Shown piece after piece: positions 21,846 to 31,800 of a stretch of 64,000 bases of DNA. A program made the translations under genes and the position numbers. Numbering within the stretch: position 1 is the stretch's first letter; each line of letters opens with the position of its first letter. The notes below the pieces were generated by a model, which did not search any database, had not been told where the DNA came from, and saw only the letters and a list, made by a program, of their open reading frames with translations. Origin of the DNA: Gammaproteobacteria bacterium (lineage in GTDB: Bacteria; Pseudomonadota; Gammaproteobacteria; GCA-002705445; GCA-002716945); NCBI GenBank assembly GCA_029246085.1, contig JAQWOB010000035.1, positions 12,407 through 76,406 on the forward strand, read 5' to 3'.

Positions 21846-24800
21846 CTATCGCTTATTTTCTATTAATCTATATAATGCAGGCACTAGATACAGTGTAACT
21901 AAAGAAGATAAAGTGATTCCTCCTAAAACAACAATTGCCATAGAATACCTACTTTCAGCTCCTGCTCCACTACTCATTACAAGAGGAACAGCCCCTAAAA
22001 GAGTAGATATAGTTGTCATTAAAACTGGTCTCAATCTTATTAAAGATGACTCAAAGATTGCTTCATCTACACTCATCCCTTGTTTTCTTAATTGATTTGC
22101 AAATTCTACAACTAATATTCCATTTTTCGTAATCAATCCAATTAACATCAGGAATCCTATTTGACTATATACATTTATAGAGGTTCCAGTTAAAAACAAA
22201 GTATAAAGTCCAGCAGTTAGAGCTATAGGTACCGTTAATATTATGGCTAGTGGCTTTCTAAAACTCTCAAACTGAGCTGCCAAAACTAGGTACACAATTA
22301 ATATAGCAAATAAAATTGTTATTTCTAAGCTACTACCTGACTCATAATATTCTTTTGATTGACCGCTAAATGATATTTTAGCATTAGCTGGTAATACAGA
22401 ATCTGTAACGCCAATTAAATCTTTTAATGCATCACCTAATGGATAGCCTGGAGCTAAAGATGCAGAAAATATTGTTGAAGGTAATCTATTAATTCTCTTC
22501 AAGCTTTGGCTAGTAGATGTCTCTTCATATGTAACTAGGTTTGATAAAGGTATTAAAGATGAGTTTGAGGATTTAACAAATATATTATCTAAACTATTTT
22601 GGTTAATTCTAAATGATTTATCAGCTTGCAAGATTACATTATAAGTTAAGCCGTCTTTAGAAAAAGTTGTGACTTGATTTGAAGCTAACAATATCTCCAT
22701 TGTTCTGGTGATAGAATCAGCTGACACTCCTAGCTCATAAGCCTTGTCTCTGTTTATTTTTAAATTTAACCGTGGACTTGTAATCTTATAATCAATATTG
22801 GCATTTCTCAATTTAAGACCAGCAGACTCCTTTATTAAAGTATTTCCCCATTCATTAACATCCTCATAATTTCCTCCACCAATTACTAGCTGAACAGGCG
22901 GTGTGAAGCGACTACCACCAAGACTTGGCGGGTTAATAGCATATATTCTGGCTCCAGGAATAGATAATAATTGAGGAAAAATTTCTCGAACAATATCTTT
23001 TTGATGTCTTCTACTACCCCAGTCAGTTAATGTGGTAAACATAAAAGCTGAATTAACTTCACCTGGTTTTCCTGAAAATCCAGGAGCAACAATCGAAAAT
23101 ACAGTATTAATTTCTTTATTTTTTACATATGGTTTTAAAGTTTTCTCAACTTGACGCACTATTGAGTCAGTATAGCTAAGAGTAGATCCCTCGGGAGCCG
23201 TAATAGAAATAATAAATATCCCTCTATCTTCTGTTGGAGCTAACTCTTTTTGTACTACTTGAAATAATAGTATAGATATAACTATCATCATAATTGAAAA
23301 AAGATAAACCTTTTTTGGATTATTTTGTGATTCTAATAAAGACTCTCTATAAAATTTTCTAAATTTTCTAATAAGAACAGGTTCTTTATTTATCTTTTCT
23401 TTATTTTTAATTAGCTTTGAACATAACATTGGAGTTAATGTTAAAGCAACAATACTTGAAAAAATTACAGCACAAGATAAAACTACTCCAAATTCAATAA
23501 ATAGTCTCCCTGTCTTTCCAGCCATGAAAGACAATGGAAGAAATACAGCAACAAGCACAAGTGTTGTTGCTATTACAACAAATGTAATTTGTTTAGCGCC
23601 TTCAATGGATGCCTCGAATGCTTTTTCACCATTCTCAATTCTTCTTTTTATATTTTCTAAAACAACAATTGAGTCATCAACAATTAACCCTATAGCTAGC
23701 ACTAATGCTAAAAATGTAAGTACATTTAATGAATATCCTAATACATATATGACATAGAATGTTGAGATTAATGAAACTGGTATAGTAATTGTAGGAATAA
23801 ATGTTGCTGCAGGAGATGCCAGGAAATAATATATTACCCCGATGACCATTAACATTGAAATAAATAATGCAAACCTAACTTCAGAAATTGATTCATCAAC
23901 AAATACTGATTGATCATAACCTACAAACATGTCGATGTTGCTGGGCAATGTAGGTCTGATTAAATCTAATTCTTTTTTTATAGCTGAGGCAACTTTTAAT
24001 ACATTAGATTTGGTCTGTCTTACAACGCCAAGTCCAATTGCATTCTCATTATTTGCTCTCAAGAAACCTCGATCACTTTCTGCACCAATAATAATTTCTG
24101 CCACATCACCAAGCCTTATTTTTTTATCGTCATAAGTCTTGATCACTATGTCATTAAACATATTCATGTCAGACAATTTTGATTTTACCTGTATTCCTAT
24201 TTCTCGATCAACAGAATCAAGACGTCCAGCTGGTTTTTCAATATTTTCTTTATTTATTGCATTTAATACATCATCAACTGTTATCTGCCTTGATGACATT
24301 TTGTCTGGATCAAGCCAGATTCTGATGGCATATTTTCTCTCTCCACCAACAGTAATAGAGGCCACCCCTGGTAAAATAGATAGTCTATCAATAATATTTC
24401 TATCTAAATAATCATTAAGAGCTATGCTGTCAAGCTGTTCACTTGTAAAACCAATCCATAAAATTGCTCTTGCATCAGTATCAGATTTTGCAACTCTTGG
24501 TTGTTCAGAATCTTTTGGTAATCTAGGAATAGCACGTGATACTTTCTCTCTTACATCGTTAGCGGCAGACTCCATGTCTCGCGATAAGTTGAACTCAACT
24601 CTTATCTGTGAAATTTCATCTTTGCTTGTAGATGTTATTTTTTTAATATTTGAAATTCCAGATAATGAATCTTCGAGTACTTGAGTGATATCCCTCTCAA
24701 CAATCTCAGATGAAGCTCCAAGATATACTGTTGATACGGTGACGACTGGCTTATCTATATCTGGATATTCTCTAATTGATAATTTGTCATAGGAAACTAA

Positions 24801-24875
24801 TCCTATGAGCACTAAAAACATACTTATTACTGCTGCAAGAACAGGTCTTCGAACTGTTATATCTGATATATGCAT
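21846..24875 (-). CDS. RND multidrug/solvent efflux transporter, inner-membrane permease (AcrB/HAE1 family)
   Basis: 1009 aa with 12 TM helices and two large periplasmic loops; the N-terminus MHISDITVRRPVLAAVISMFLVLIGL is typical of AcrB. Confidence 0.85.
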   Translation of the reverse strand: MHISDITVRRPVLAAVISMFLVLIGLVSYDKLSIREYPDIDKPVVTVSTVYLGASSEIVERDITQVLEDSLSGISNIKKITSTSKDEISQIRVEFNLSRDMESAANDVREKVSRAIPRLPKDSEQPRVAKSDTDARAILWIGFTSEQLDSIALNDYLDRNIIDRLSILPGVASITVGGERKYAIRIWLDPDKMSSRQITVDDVLNAINKENIEKPAGRLDSVDREIGIQVKSKLSDMNMFNDIVIKTYDDKKIRLGDVAEIIIGAESDRGFLRANNENAIGLGVVRQTKSNVLKVASAIKKELDLIRPTLPSNIDMFVGYDQSVFVDESISEVRFALFISMLMVIGVIYYFLASPAATFIPTITIPVSLISTFYVIYVLGYSLNVLTFLALVLAIGLIVDDSIVVLENIKRRIENGEKAFEASIEGAKQITFVVIATTLVLVAVFLPLSFMAGKTGRLFIEFGVVLSCAVIFSSIVALTLTPMLCSKLIKNKEKINKEPVLIRKFRKFYRESLLESQNNPKKVYLFSIMMIVISILLFQVVQKELAPTEDRGIFIISITAPEGSTLSYTDSIVRQVEKTLKPYVKNKEINTVFSIVAPGFSGKPGEVNSAFMFTTLTDWGSRRHQKDIVREIFPQLLSIPGARIYAINPPSLGGSRFTPPVQLVIGGGNYEDVNEWGNTLIKESAGLKLRNANIDYKITSPRLNLKINRDKAYELGVSADSITRTMEILLASNQVTTFSKDGLTYNVILQADKSFRINQNSLDNIFVKSSNSSLIPLSNLVTYEETSTSQSLKRINRLPSTIFSASLAPGYPLGDALKDLIGVTDSVLPANAKISFSGQSKEYYESGSSLEITILFAILIVYLVLAAQFESFRKPLAIILTVPIALTAGLYTLFLTGTSINVYSQIGFLMLIGLITKNGILVVEFANQLRKQGMSVDEAIFESSLIRLRPVLMTTISTLLGAVPLVMSSGAGAESRYSMAIVVLGGITLSSLVTLYLVPALYRLIENKR

Positions 24876-24878
24876 CTA

Positions 24879-25793
24879 TTACTCTATAATTTTTATTTTA
24901 GATCCATCTTTAAGCTTTTCATGGCCCATGAATATCACTTTATCAAAAGTATTCAACCCAGATTTAATCTCTACCAAAGCATTATTTCTAATACCTGTCT
25001 GTACTACTGTTAATTTAGCAACATCATTGTCTGCAACATAAACATAGTGTTTTTTATTAATACTTAATAATGATTTTTCTGGTATCAAAATTGCACCCTC
25101 TGTCTCTTCTAGATAAATATCCAATTTCATTAATAAACCAGGCTTTAACATATTATTTTTATTATCTAGCAAGGCATAAGCGCTGATGGTTCTAGTTTTA
25201 ACATCTATTTTAGTGTTCACATATTCTAATATACCTTCATATTTAGTGCCTGGAATACTGTCTGTAATAGCGACAAATGATAATTTATTTGTTAAATAGC
25301 CAAGTATACGCTCTGGCAAATTAATTGGTAATTTCATATAACTATTCTCATTTAATGAAGTAAGGAGCTCTCCCTTAGATACTGCATCTCCTATGTTTTT
25401 CTCGCTAAGACCTATCATTCCTGAAAAAGGAGCATATATCTGGGTTAAGCCGATAGTGTCAGAAGAAATTATAGAAAAAAGTAAGTCACCTTTCTTAATA
25501 GTAGTAGCTTCTTTATAGTGAATATTATCCAGGAGACCATTAACTTTGGAGGTGATATTAATTGATTCACGTGCTTCAATTACAGATAATGCCCGATATG
25601 TTTTTTGTATAGTATCAATTTTTACTGGCATAGCTTTTACTGCAATAATTCTTGTCTTATTCATAAATTGAGCGAAACCAGTATATTTTAAATATAAAGA
25701 TATTCCGCCATAAAGAAGACCGGCAATAAAGATGAATATAAAAACCTTAAATACACTTAAAGATTTTACATAATGTATGATTTTAGTCAGCAT
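24879..25793 (-). CDS. RND efflux periplasmic adaptor (membrane fusion protein)
   Basis: 304 aa; N-terminal TM anchor, then lipoyl/beta-barrel domains; immediately upstream of the RND permease. Confidence 0.75.
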   Translation of the reverse strand: MLTKIIHYVKSLSVFKVFIFIFIAGLLYGGISLYLKYTGFAQFMNKTRIIAVKAMPVKIDTIQKTYRALSVIEARESINITSKVNGLLDNIHYKEATTIKKGDLLFSIISSDTIGLTQIYAPFSGMIGLSEKNIGDAVSKGELLTSLNENSYMKLPINLPERILGYLTNKLSFVAITDSIPGTKYEGILEYVNTKIDVKTRTISAYALLDNKNNMLKPGLLMKLDIYLEETEGAILIPEKSLLSINKKHYVYVADNDVAKLTVVQTGIRNNALVEIKSGLNTFDKVIFMGHEKLKDGSKIKIIE

Positions 25794-25817
25794 TTCTCAA
25801 CTCATCCATGTTATTGC

Positions 25818-26558
25818 CTATTCTATCCATATTAACGAAGCAATTCTACCAGTATTATTTTCACCTCTATATGAATAATATAAGTTTGCGCTTTGATAAG
25901 TGCACATTTCATCTGTAAATATTTTTTTAACACCTGCATCTTTTAAAAAAATTTTAGCTGCTTTTTTTAAATCAAGCCCCCAGTGTTCTTCGTCAATCCT
26001 ATTAAATATTGTTGTAGATATTTTTGATAATTTTTTATAGACATCTTCTCGGACTAAATAATTATTTTGACTGATGGAAGGGCCAATCCAGCATATAACC
26101 TCAGAAGGACTATTAGAAAATCTTTTGATGAATTTTGTTACTATACCACTACTTAAACCTCTCCAACCCGCATGTATCACTCCAACCTTTGTTCCACTTT
26201 TATTACAAACTAAGATAGGAAGACAATCAGCAGACAAAACAACACATGGTAAGCCAATCGTATCTGTATAAGATCCATCGCATACTAATCCTGACACTGA
26301 CTCTTTAACTTTCTTTATACTTGCGCTATGTATCTGTTTCATCCAACAAGGTTCCATTTTTAAGTTTAAAGATTTTTTTATATCTTTCCTATTTTTTCTA
26401 ACATTAGTTTGCTCATCACCTACATCTAAGCTCAAATTAGAATCTCTATATTCACCTTTGCTATATCCACCTATACGTGTTGTAGAAAAAGCTTTTATAT
26501 TATCAGGAACTTCCCAGATTACTGGCTTAATTTGTATCGGCATAACTATGTTTCTCAA
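25818..26558 (-). CDS. pgeF: Peptidoglycan editing factor PgeF (YfiH/laccase-domain, DUF152)
   Basis: 246 aa; conserved His/Cys motifs (LSADCLPILV, HAGWRGL). Conserved rluD-pgeF linkage. Confidence 0.75.
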   Translation of the reverse strand: MRNIVMPIQIKPVIWEVPDNIKAFSTTRIGGYSKGEYRDSNLSLDVGDEQTNVRKNRKDIKKSLNLKMEPCWMKQIHSASIKKVKESVSGLVCDGSYTDTIGLPCVVLSADCLPILVCNKSGTKVGVIHAGWRGLSSGIVTKFIKRFSNSPSEVICWIGPSISQNNYLVREDVYKKLSKISTTIFNRIDEEHWGLDLKKAAKIFLKDAGVKKIFTDEMCTYQSANLYYSYRGENNTGRIASLIWIE

Positions 26559-27483
26559 TAAGTGATTGTATTTCTAAAAATTCTTTTGGCGGCAAAGACT
26601 CTATAAAAAAAATTTCTTTTGTAGATGGGTGCTTAAATTCTAATGACATGGCATGCAGCGCATGACCATTATATGATTCTAAAAATTTAATTAGCTCAAT
26701 ATTTTTACTAAAAATAGATTTTTTAAACCCATATAGCTTGTCACCAATAACTGGATGTCCAATAAATGATAAATGTACACGTATCTGATGTGTTCTTCCA
26801 GTTACAAGCTCAACTTCGATTAGTGATGCTTTATCAAATCTACGTTCAATTTTAAGTCGCGAAATAGACTCTTTTCCAGAAAAAGTTACTGCCATTTTTT
26901 TTCGATTGATCTTATGTCTACCTATTTTTTCATCTATCATATTTATGTTTTTTAAAATTCCAGATGTAATAGTTAAATACTTTTTGGTTATTGATCTATT
27001 TTGAATCTGTTTTGTCAAACTATTATGAGACTGAAGGGATCTTGCTATAATTAATAATCCAGAAGTTTGTTTATCTAGACGATGTATTATTCCAGCTCTA
27101 GGCACATTCTTCAACTCAGGGTATTTAAATAATAAAGCATTCTGTAATGTGCCTGAGTAATTTCCAACCGCGGTATGAGTTACCATTCCACTGCCTTTAT
27201 TAACAATTATCAGATCATCATCTTCATGTAAGATATCTAAGCTTATATCTTCGGGAGTAATATCTATCTCTTCATTGGGATGTACTTCTATCTCAATTTT
27301 AGACTTAATTGCAACCTTATCTTTGGGAGAACAAGTTTTGCCATTAACTAATATTTTGTCTGCATTTATCCAATTTTTAATAGTTGATCGTGAGTATTCT
27401 GGTAAGCGCGATGATATAATCTGATCTAGCCTTAAATTGTTTTCTGGCTCAATATCAAACTTGTAAAAAGTGACATTTTTCAT
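26527..27483 (-). CDS. rluD: 23S rRNA pseudouridine synthase RluD
   Basis: 318 aa; S4 domain plus catalytic HRLDKQTSGLLIIA; divergent from bamD as in E. coli. Confidence 0.85.
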   Translation of the reverse strand: MKNVTFYKFDIEPENNLRLDQIISSRLPEYSRSTIKNWINADKILVNGKTCSPKDKVAIKSKIEIEVHPNEEIDITPEDISLDILHEDDDLIIVNKGSGMVTHTAVGNYSGTLQNALLFKYPELKNVPRAGIIHRLDKQTSGLLIIARSLQSHNSLTKQIQNRSITKKYLTITSGILKNINMIDEKIGRHKINRKKMAVTFSGKESISRLKIERRFDKASLIEVELVTGRTHQIRVHLSFIGHPVIGDKLYGFKKSIFSKNIELIKFLESYNGHALHAMSLEFKHPSTKEIFFIESLPPKEFLEIQSLIEKHSYADTN

Positions 27484-27518
27484 GGTGTATTCTCACGTAA
27501 CTAATCTATAATAACAAA

Positions 27519-28394
27519 ATGAAAGCAAAAATACTCCTTATAAACCTTATCTTTAGTGCATTATTATCAAGCTGCTCATACTGGGAGGGCGTTTTTAAAG
27601 AACAGGACCCTACTATAGGCATGTCAGCTGCACAAATATATGGGGAAGGAAAATTCTTTCTTGATGCTGAGGACTACCCAAATGCCATCATATATTTTGA
27701 TATATTAGAAGCTAGATACCCATTTGGGATATATTCAACTCAATCAATGCTTGATTTAGCATATGCATCGTATCAGTCAAATTTAAAAGAAGAAGCAATA
27801 GTTGGCTGCAATAGGTTTATTAGACTATATCCAAATCATCCAAATGTTTCATATGCATACTATCTGCGTGCGTTATCAAATTTTAATATGGACCGAAATT
27901 TTATAACTGAACTATTTGGTCAAGATGCATCAAAATATGACGTATCAAAACTACGACAATCCTTTGACGACTTTTCTGTGATAGTAAATAAATTTCCAGA
28001 TAGTAAGTATGCCAAGGACTCAAGAAACAGATTAGTATACATTAAGAACCAAATGGCTGCCAATGAACTATATATAGCTAAATATTATATTAAACGATCA
28101 GCTCATATAGCAGCAATAGAAAGGATAAAATATCTATTAGTTAATTATAATGGTACCCCTAGCACAGAAGAGGGTTTATTAATGTTAATAGAGAGTTACA
28201 CATATTTAAAGATGAATGATTTGGCTGTCGACACATCTAGAGTTTTAAAAGAAAATTATCCTGACTATATGATAACAAGTAAAAACGGGATTGTGACAGC
28301 CAAAAAAAAGATTAAAGCAGTAAAGAAAATAGAGATTAAGAAAGATGATAGCTCAAGTTGGTTTGATTTTTTAAATATATATAATTATTTCTAA
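27519..28394 (+). CDS. bamD: Outer membrane protein assembly factor BamD
   Basis: 291 aa lipoprotein (LSSC lipobox) with TPR repeats; divergent from rluD. Confidence 0.8.
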   Translation: MKAKILLINLIFSALLSSCSYWEGVFKEQDPTIGMSAAQIYGEGKFFLDAEDYPNAIIYFDILEARYPFGIYSTQSMLDLAYASYQSNLKEEAIVGCNRFIRLYPNHPNVSYAYYLRALSNFNMDRNFITELFGQDASKYDVSKLRQSFDDFSVIVNKFPDSKYAKDSRNRLVYIKNQMAANELYIAKYYIKRSAHIAAIERIKYLLVNYNGTPSTEEGLLMLIESYTYLKMNDLAVDTSRVLKENYPDYMITSKNGIVTAKKKIKAVKKIEIKKDDSSSWFDFLNIYNYF

Positions 28395-29134
28395 TTTTTA
28401 TTTTTTATAATACAGACAGGTATATTTTGCATTTTGTGTATATTCTTTTTTCTGATGCTTAAATATTTTTCTCTGTGAACACTATCTTCGTTTGACATGG
28501 CCTCTTCTAATTCTTCATATGTTAGACCAAGTTGCTGTTCATCTGTCCTATCATCATCCCACAAACCATCAGTTGGAGGAGCACTTAATATATCGTTAGA
28601 AATATTTAAATCTTTTGATAAAGATCTCACTTCAGATTTAGTTAAATCTGCAATAGGAGATATGTCAACTCCTCCATCACCATACTTAGTAAAAAAACCA
28701 ACACCAAAATCTTCAACCTTATTACCTGTTCCAACAACTATTCCTGAAAAAGAAGCTGATGCCTGATAAAGCAACATCATTCTTAATCGAGATTTACTAT
28801 TAGCAAAACCTAAATCATTAATAAAATCAGATTTCACGCATGTTTCATGAAATTTATCAAAAGTATCGCTTAGATCAACCTCGTAAACTTTAACATTACT
28901 ATATTTAGATAATAGAAAATCACAGTGTAATTTACTTAAAGAAAAATTTTTAGTTTTAAGTGGTATCTTGATTACTATGGTAGGAATTCCAGTCATAGCA
29001 CATAAAGTACTTGTCAAAGCAGAATCAATACCTCCAGATACACCGACAATTAAACTTTTTATATTATAATCAGACGATTTAACATAATCTTTAATCCATT
29101 TAACTATATGTAATGTCACTTCACTATTGTTCAT
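28391..29134 (-). CDS. nadE: NH3-dependent NAD+ synthetase
   Basis: 247 aa; PP-loop SGGIDSALTSTLC; NadE family. Confidence 0.85.
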   Translation of the reverse strand: MNNSEVTLHIVKWIKDYVKSSDYNIKSLIVGVSGGIDSALTSTLCAMTGIPTIVIKIPLKTKNFSLSKLHCDFLLSKYSNVKVYEVDLSDTFDKFHETCVKSDFINDLGFANSKSRLRMMLLYQASASFSGIVVGTGNKVEDFGVGFFTKYGDGGVDISPIADLTKSEVRSLSKDLNISNDILSAPPTDGLWDDDRTDEQQLGLTYEELEEAMSNEDSVHREKYLSIRKKNIHKMQNIPVCIIKNKN

Positions 29135-29159
29135 ATATAAGGCCTTATATGTAATTAAA

Positions 29160-29174
29160 AACCAATCATTGGTT
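29160..29174. promoter_or_regulatory. Perfect 7-1-7 palindrome AACCAATCATTGGTT in the nadE / small-protein divergent intergenic region
   Basis: Read directly from the sequence. It sits about 70 bp upstream of the 29241 start and could be an operator for a dimeric regulator. No partner protein identified. Confidence 0.3.
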
Positions 29175-29240
29175 AATATTTAACCTAGAATCATATATTA
29201 TAGTCTATAATAACAAAAGAATACTATTCAAAATTTAAAT

Positions 29241-29438
29241 ATGCGTATAATTATAATATTCTTAGTAATATTTTTAGCTTATGTGATAGCTAAATCCTTG
29301 CTGGTAAAAAAAACAAAGGTCATAAAAAAGAAAGCTAATAAAACTCAATATTGCGGACATTGTAATTCCTATATAACAAATGAAGAATATTGCCTAAATA
29401 ACAATATTGATTATCAAGACTGCAAGCATTATAAGTGA
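29241..29438 (+). CDS. Small membrane-anchored Cys-rich protein (hypothetical)
   Basis: 65 aa; N-terminal TM helix (IIIIFLVIFLAYVIA), basic stretch, then four Cys (CGHC...C...C), possibly Zn-binding. Confidence 0.45.
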   Translation: MRIIIIFLVIFLAYVIAKSLLVKKTKVIKKKANKTQYCGHCNSYITNEEYCLNNNIDYQDCKHYK

Positions 29439-29445
29439 GATTAAA

Positions 29446-29523
29446 ATGAAAAGAAGACCATTACTGTTAACATTAACTATAATCATGTTTATAGGGATAC
29501 TGCTGACAGTTTTTTTACGATAA
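29446..29523 (+). CDS. Candidate 25-aa hydrophobic micro-protein (MKRRPLLLTLTIIMFIGILLTVFLR)
   Basis: Not in the ORF track because it is under 60 aa. The ATG is 7 nt after the preceding stop, the TAA is 4 nt before the coaE ATG, and it encodes a single predicted TM helix. Could equally be non-coding. Confidence 0.25.
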   Translation: MKRRPLLLTLTIIMFIGILLTVFLR

Positions 29524-29527
29524 AACT

Positions 29528-30106
29528 ATGCAGCTAATTATAATTTCTGGGAAAATAGGGTCTGGTAAATCAACTTTAAGCAAATGCTTCCAAAGAAAAG
29601 GTTATCATTATATAAATTCAGATAGTCTTGCCAAGAACATTATTCAAGGCAATAAACTTGTTATAAATAAATTAAATCAAGAATTTAATATTTTAAATGA
29701 TGATGGGAAAATATCTTTAAAAAATTTAAAAGTTATTCTTCTATCTTCTGAAGAAAATAAAAATAAAATTAATGCAATAGTTCATCCTTTTTTTTACAAA
29801 GAGTTAAATTTAATACTTGGTAAATCTAACCATAAAAAGATAGTTCTTGAGTTGCCACTAATTGAAACAAGAAATAATATTAAATTTAATTTCATAATAG
29901 TTTCTATTAAAACAAGTTTAAAAATAAGAGAAAAAAGGTATTTATCTCAATCTGAATCAAAATCTGAAGATTTTATAATCTTAAATAAATATCAAAAAAG
30001 CTCGGAGTATTATGAAAAATATTCTGACTATCTCATATCTAATAATGATACTATGGAAATATTACAAATAAAGTTTAATGAATTATATAGTAAATTTAAA
30101 GAATGA
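29528..30106 (+). CDS. coaE: Dephospho-CoA kinase
   Basis: 192 aa; Walker A ISGKIGSGKST; coaE-zapD linkage. Confidence 0.8.
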   Translation: MQLIIISGKIGSGKSTLSKCFQRKGYHYINSDSLAKNIIQGNKLVINKLNQEFNILNDDGKISLKNLKVILLSSEENKNKINAIVHPFFYKELNLILGKSNHKKIVLELPLIETRNNIKFNFIIVSIKTSLKIREKRYLSQSESKSEDFIILNKYQKSSEYYEKYSDYLISNNDTMEILQIKFNELYSKFKE

Positions 30107-30870
30107 ATAGCTTATCAGATAATCAGGTTTCATTGTATGAGGAACCTGTGCAAGAAAAAATTAGGAAATTTATTAAAATTGAGTTTTTATTAAATAAGAT
30201 TTACTATTTTAAAAGCAAGGATAATAAGAGTGAAAATTATATTGCCCTATTAGCGCTTTGTGAACTATATGAGATTTTATCACGCAGTGATATAAAATCT
30301 GAACTGATTAGAGAGATTGAAACACAAAATAGTTATTTTGAGAAGATAAAAGAAATTCCCCAAGCAGATAGTAGCAAATTAAATTCAGTTTTAGAAAAGC
30401 AGAATCTTCTTTTAAAGTCAATTTATAATATTGAGTCAAATTATCTTGATTACTTAGAACATGATATTCTTTTTAAGACAATACTAAAAAACTGCTTTAC
30501 TCAATTACAGCCGGCTTCTATTGATTTTTGGTTATCAAGAGATATATTAATCAGAGAAACACAAATAGATTTATGGCTTGAGCCATTGATATTTATCAAA
30601 CGATCAATTGATTTTATCTTAGAAGTAATCAGGAAGTCTGGTAGATTTGAGGATAGAATGGCAGAGAAAGGGTTTTTTATAGAGAAACTTGATATAAAAA
30701 GAAATATTCTTCTTATTCGAGTGACGCTTACTTCTGATTTATATTATTACCCTCAAATCAGTGTAGGTAAACAGAGATTAACTATAATGTTCATGACTAA
30801 AGATGATAAGAATAACTTGGTTCCATATCAGGAAGACTTAAACTTTATATTAACTACTTGTTCTCTTTAA
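30103..30870 (+). CDS. zapD: Cell division protein ZapD
   Basis: 255 aa; N-terminal and C-terminal (YYYPQISVGK...FILTTCSL) motifs align with E. coli ZapD (YacF). Confidence 0.75.
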   Translation: MNSLSDNQVSLYEEPVQEKIRKFIKIEFLLNKIYYFKSKDNKSENYIALLALCELYEILSRSDIKSELIREIETQNSYFEKIKEIPQADSSKLNSVLEKQNLLLKSIYNIESNYLDYLEHDILFKTILKNCFTQLQPASIDFWLSRDILIRETQIDLWLEPLIFIKRSIDFILEVIRKSGRFEDRMAEKGFFIEKLDIKRNILLIRVTLTSDLYYYPQISVGKQRLTIMFMTKDDKNNLVPYQEDLNFILTTCSL

Positions 30871-30873
30871 GAA

Positions 30874-31797
30874 TTAATTCCAAAAATCACTTATGCCTGA
30901 TACTCCGAAACCATTAAATTTCTTGCATAACTCAAGATCGCTAATTTTTATTCCACCTAATGCAAATACTGGCATATTTGATTTATCTGAAATAATCTTA
31001 AAATTCTCCCATCCAAGTATCTCCTTAGAATATTTTGTAGAAATTACTGGAGATAAAATTATAAAATCAAAATTATATTTATTAGCAATCATGACATCAT
31101 TTAAATCATGGCATGATGCGGAATAAATTAATTTTCTTTCTTTTATATCCTCGTAATTATCTATTTTATTTAGATTTTCAGATGTGAAATGAATTCCATC
31201 AATACTGATATCCCCTAAATCATTGCTAAATTTTTTATCAATAATTAGAGGTATATTTTTTTTTAAACAAAATTTAGCTAACCTCTCTGCTGCAAGAATA
31301 TAATTTGATATAGAATACCCAAATGACCTTAATCTAATAAAATAATTAGCATTATCAGTATTTTTCAATTTTTGAGGTATATTATCAAAATGTACTGGAG
31401 TAATATAAAATAATTCTCTTAGCCTCAACCTATTTAATATTCTAGTAGTTGACTCAAGAAATAAATGGCTAGATATAAAAGGGTTTGCATATAAAAGATT
31501 CTGTGTCTCTTTAGCTTTGATTTTCCCACTATATTTAATAATTTCAAATATATGTAATTTTACAGAAAGATTTTTGTATAGGTGGATTATTTCACCATGA
31601 TATATACTTTTATTAACCTGTATATCTAATTCTTCATGGCACTCCCTGACCAAACACTCTTCTGGAGTTTCTGACCCCTCTACCTTTCCACCAGGAAATT
31701 CATAATAATGATTGAATGGCTCTTTCCTTCTCTCTGAAAGTAAATATCCAGAACTATTTCTTATCAAGGCCACTGAACACTCAATATCATTGTTCAT
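30874..31797 (-). CDS. Nudix hydrolase (MutT-like) fused to a thiamine-phosphate-synthase-like (TMP-TENI) domain
   Basis: 307 aa; N-terminal Nudix box (GGKVEGSETPEECLVRECHEELDI). C-terminal ThiE-like fold. Same fusion and same position (downstream of secA-argJ) as Pseudomonas PA4400. Confidence 0.7.
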   Translation of the reverse strand: MNNDIECSVALIRNSSGYLLSERRKEPFNHYYEFPGGKVEGSETPEECLVRECHEELDIQVNKSIYHGEIIHLYKNLSVKLHIFEIIKYSGKIKAKETQNLLYANPFISSHLFLESTTRILNRLRLRELFYITPVHFDNIPQKLKNTDNANYFIRLRSFGYSISNYILAAERLAKFCLKKNIPLIIDKKFSNDLGDISIDGIHFTSENLNKIDNYEDIKERKLIYSASCHDLNDVMIANKYNFDFIILSPVISTKYSKEILGWENFKIISDKSNMPVFALGGIKISDLELCKKFNGFGVSGISDFWN

Positions 31798-31800
31798 TAT

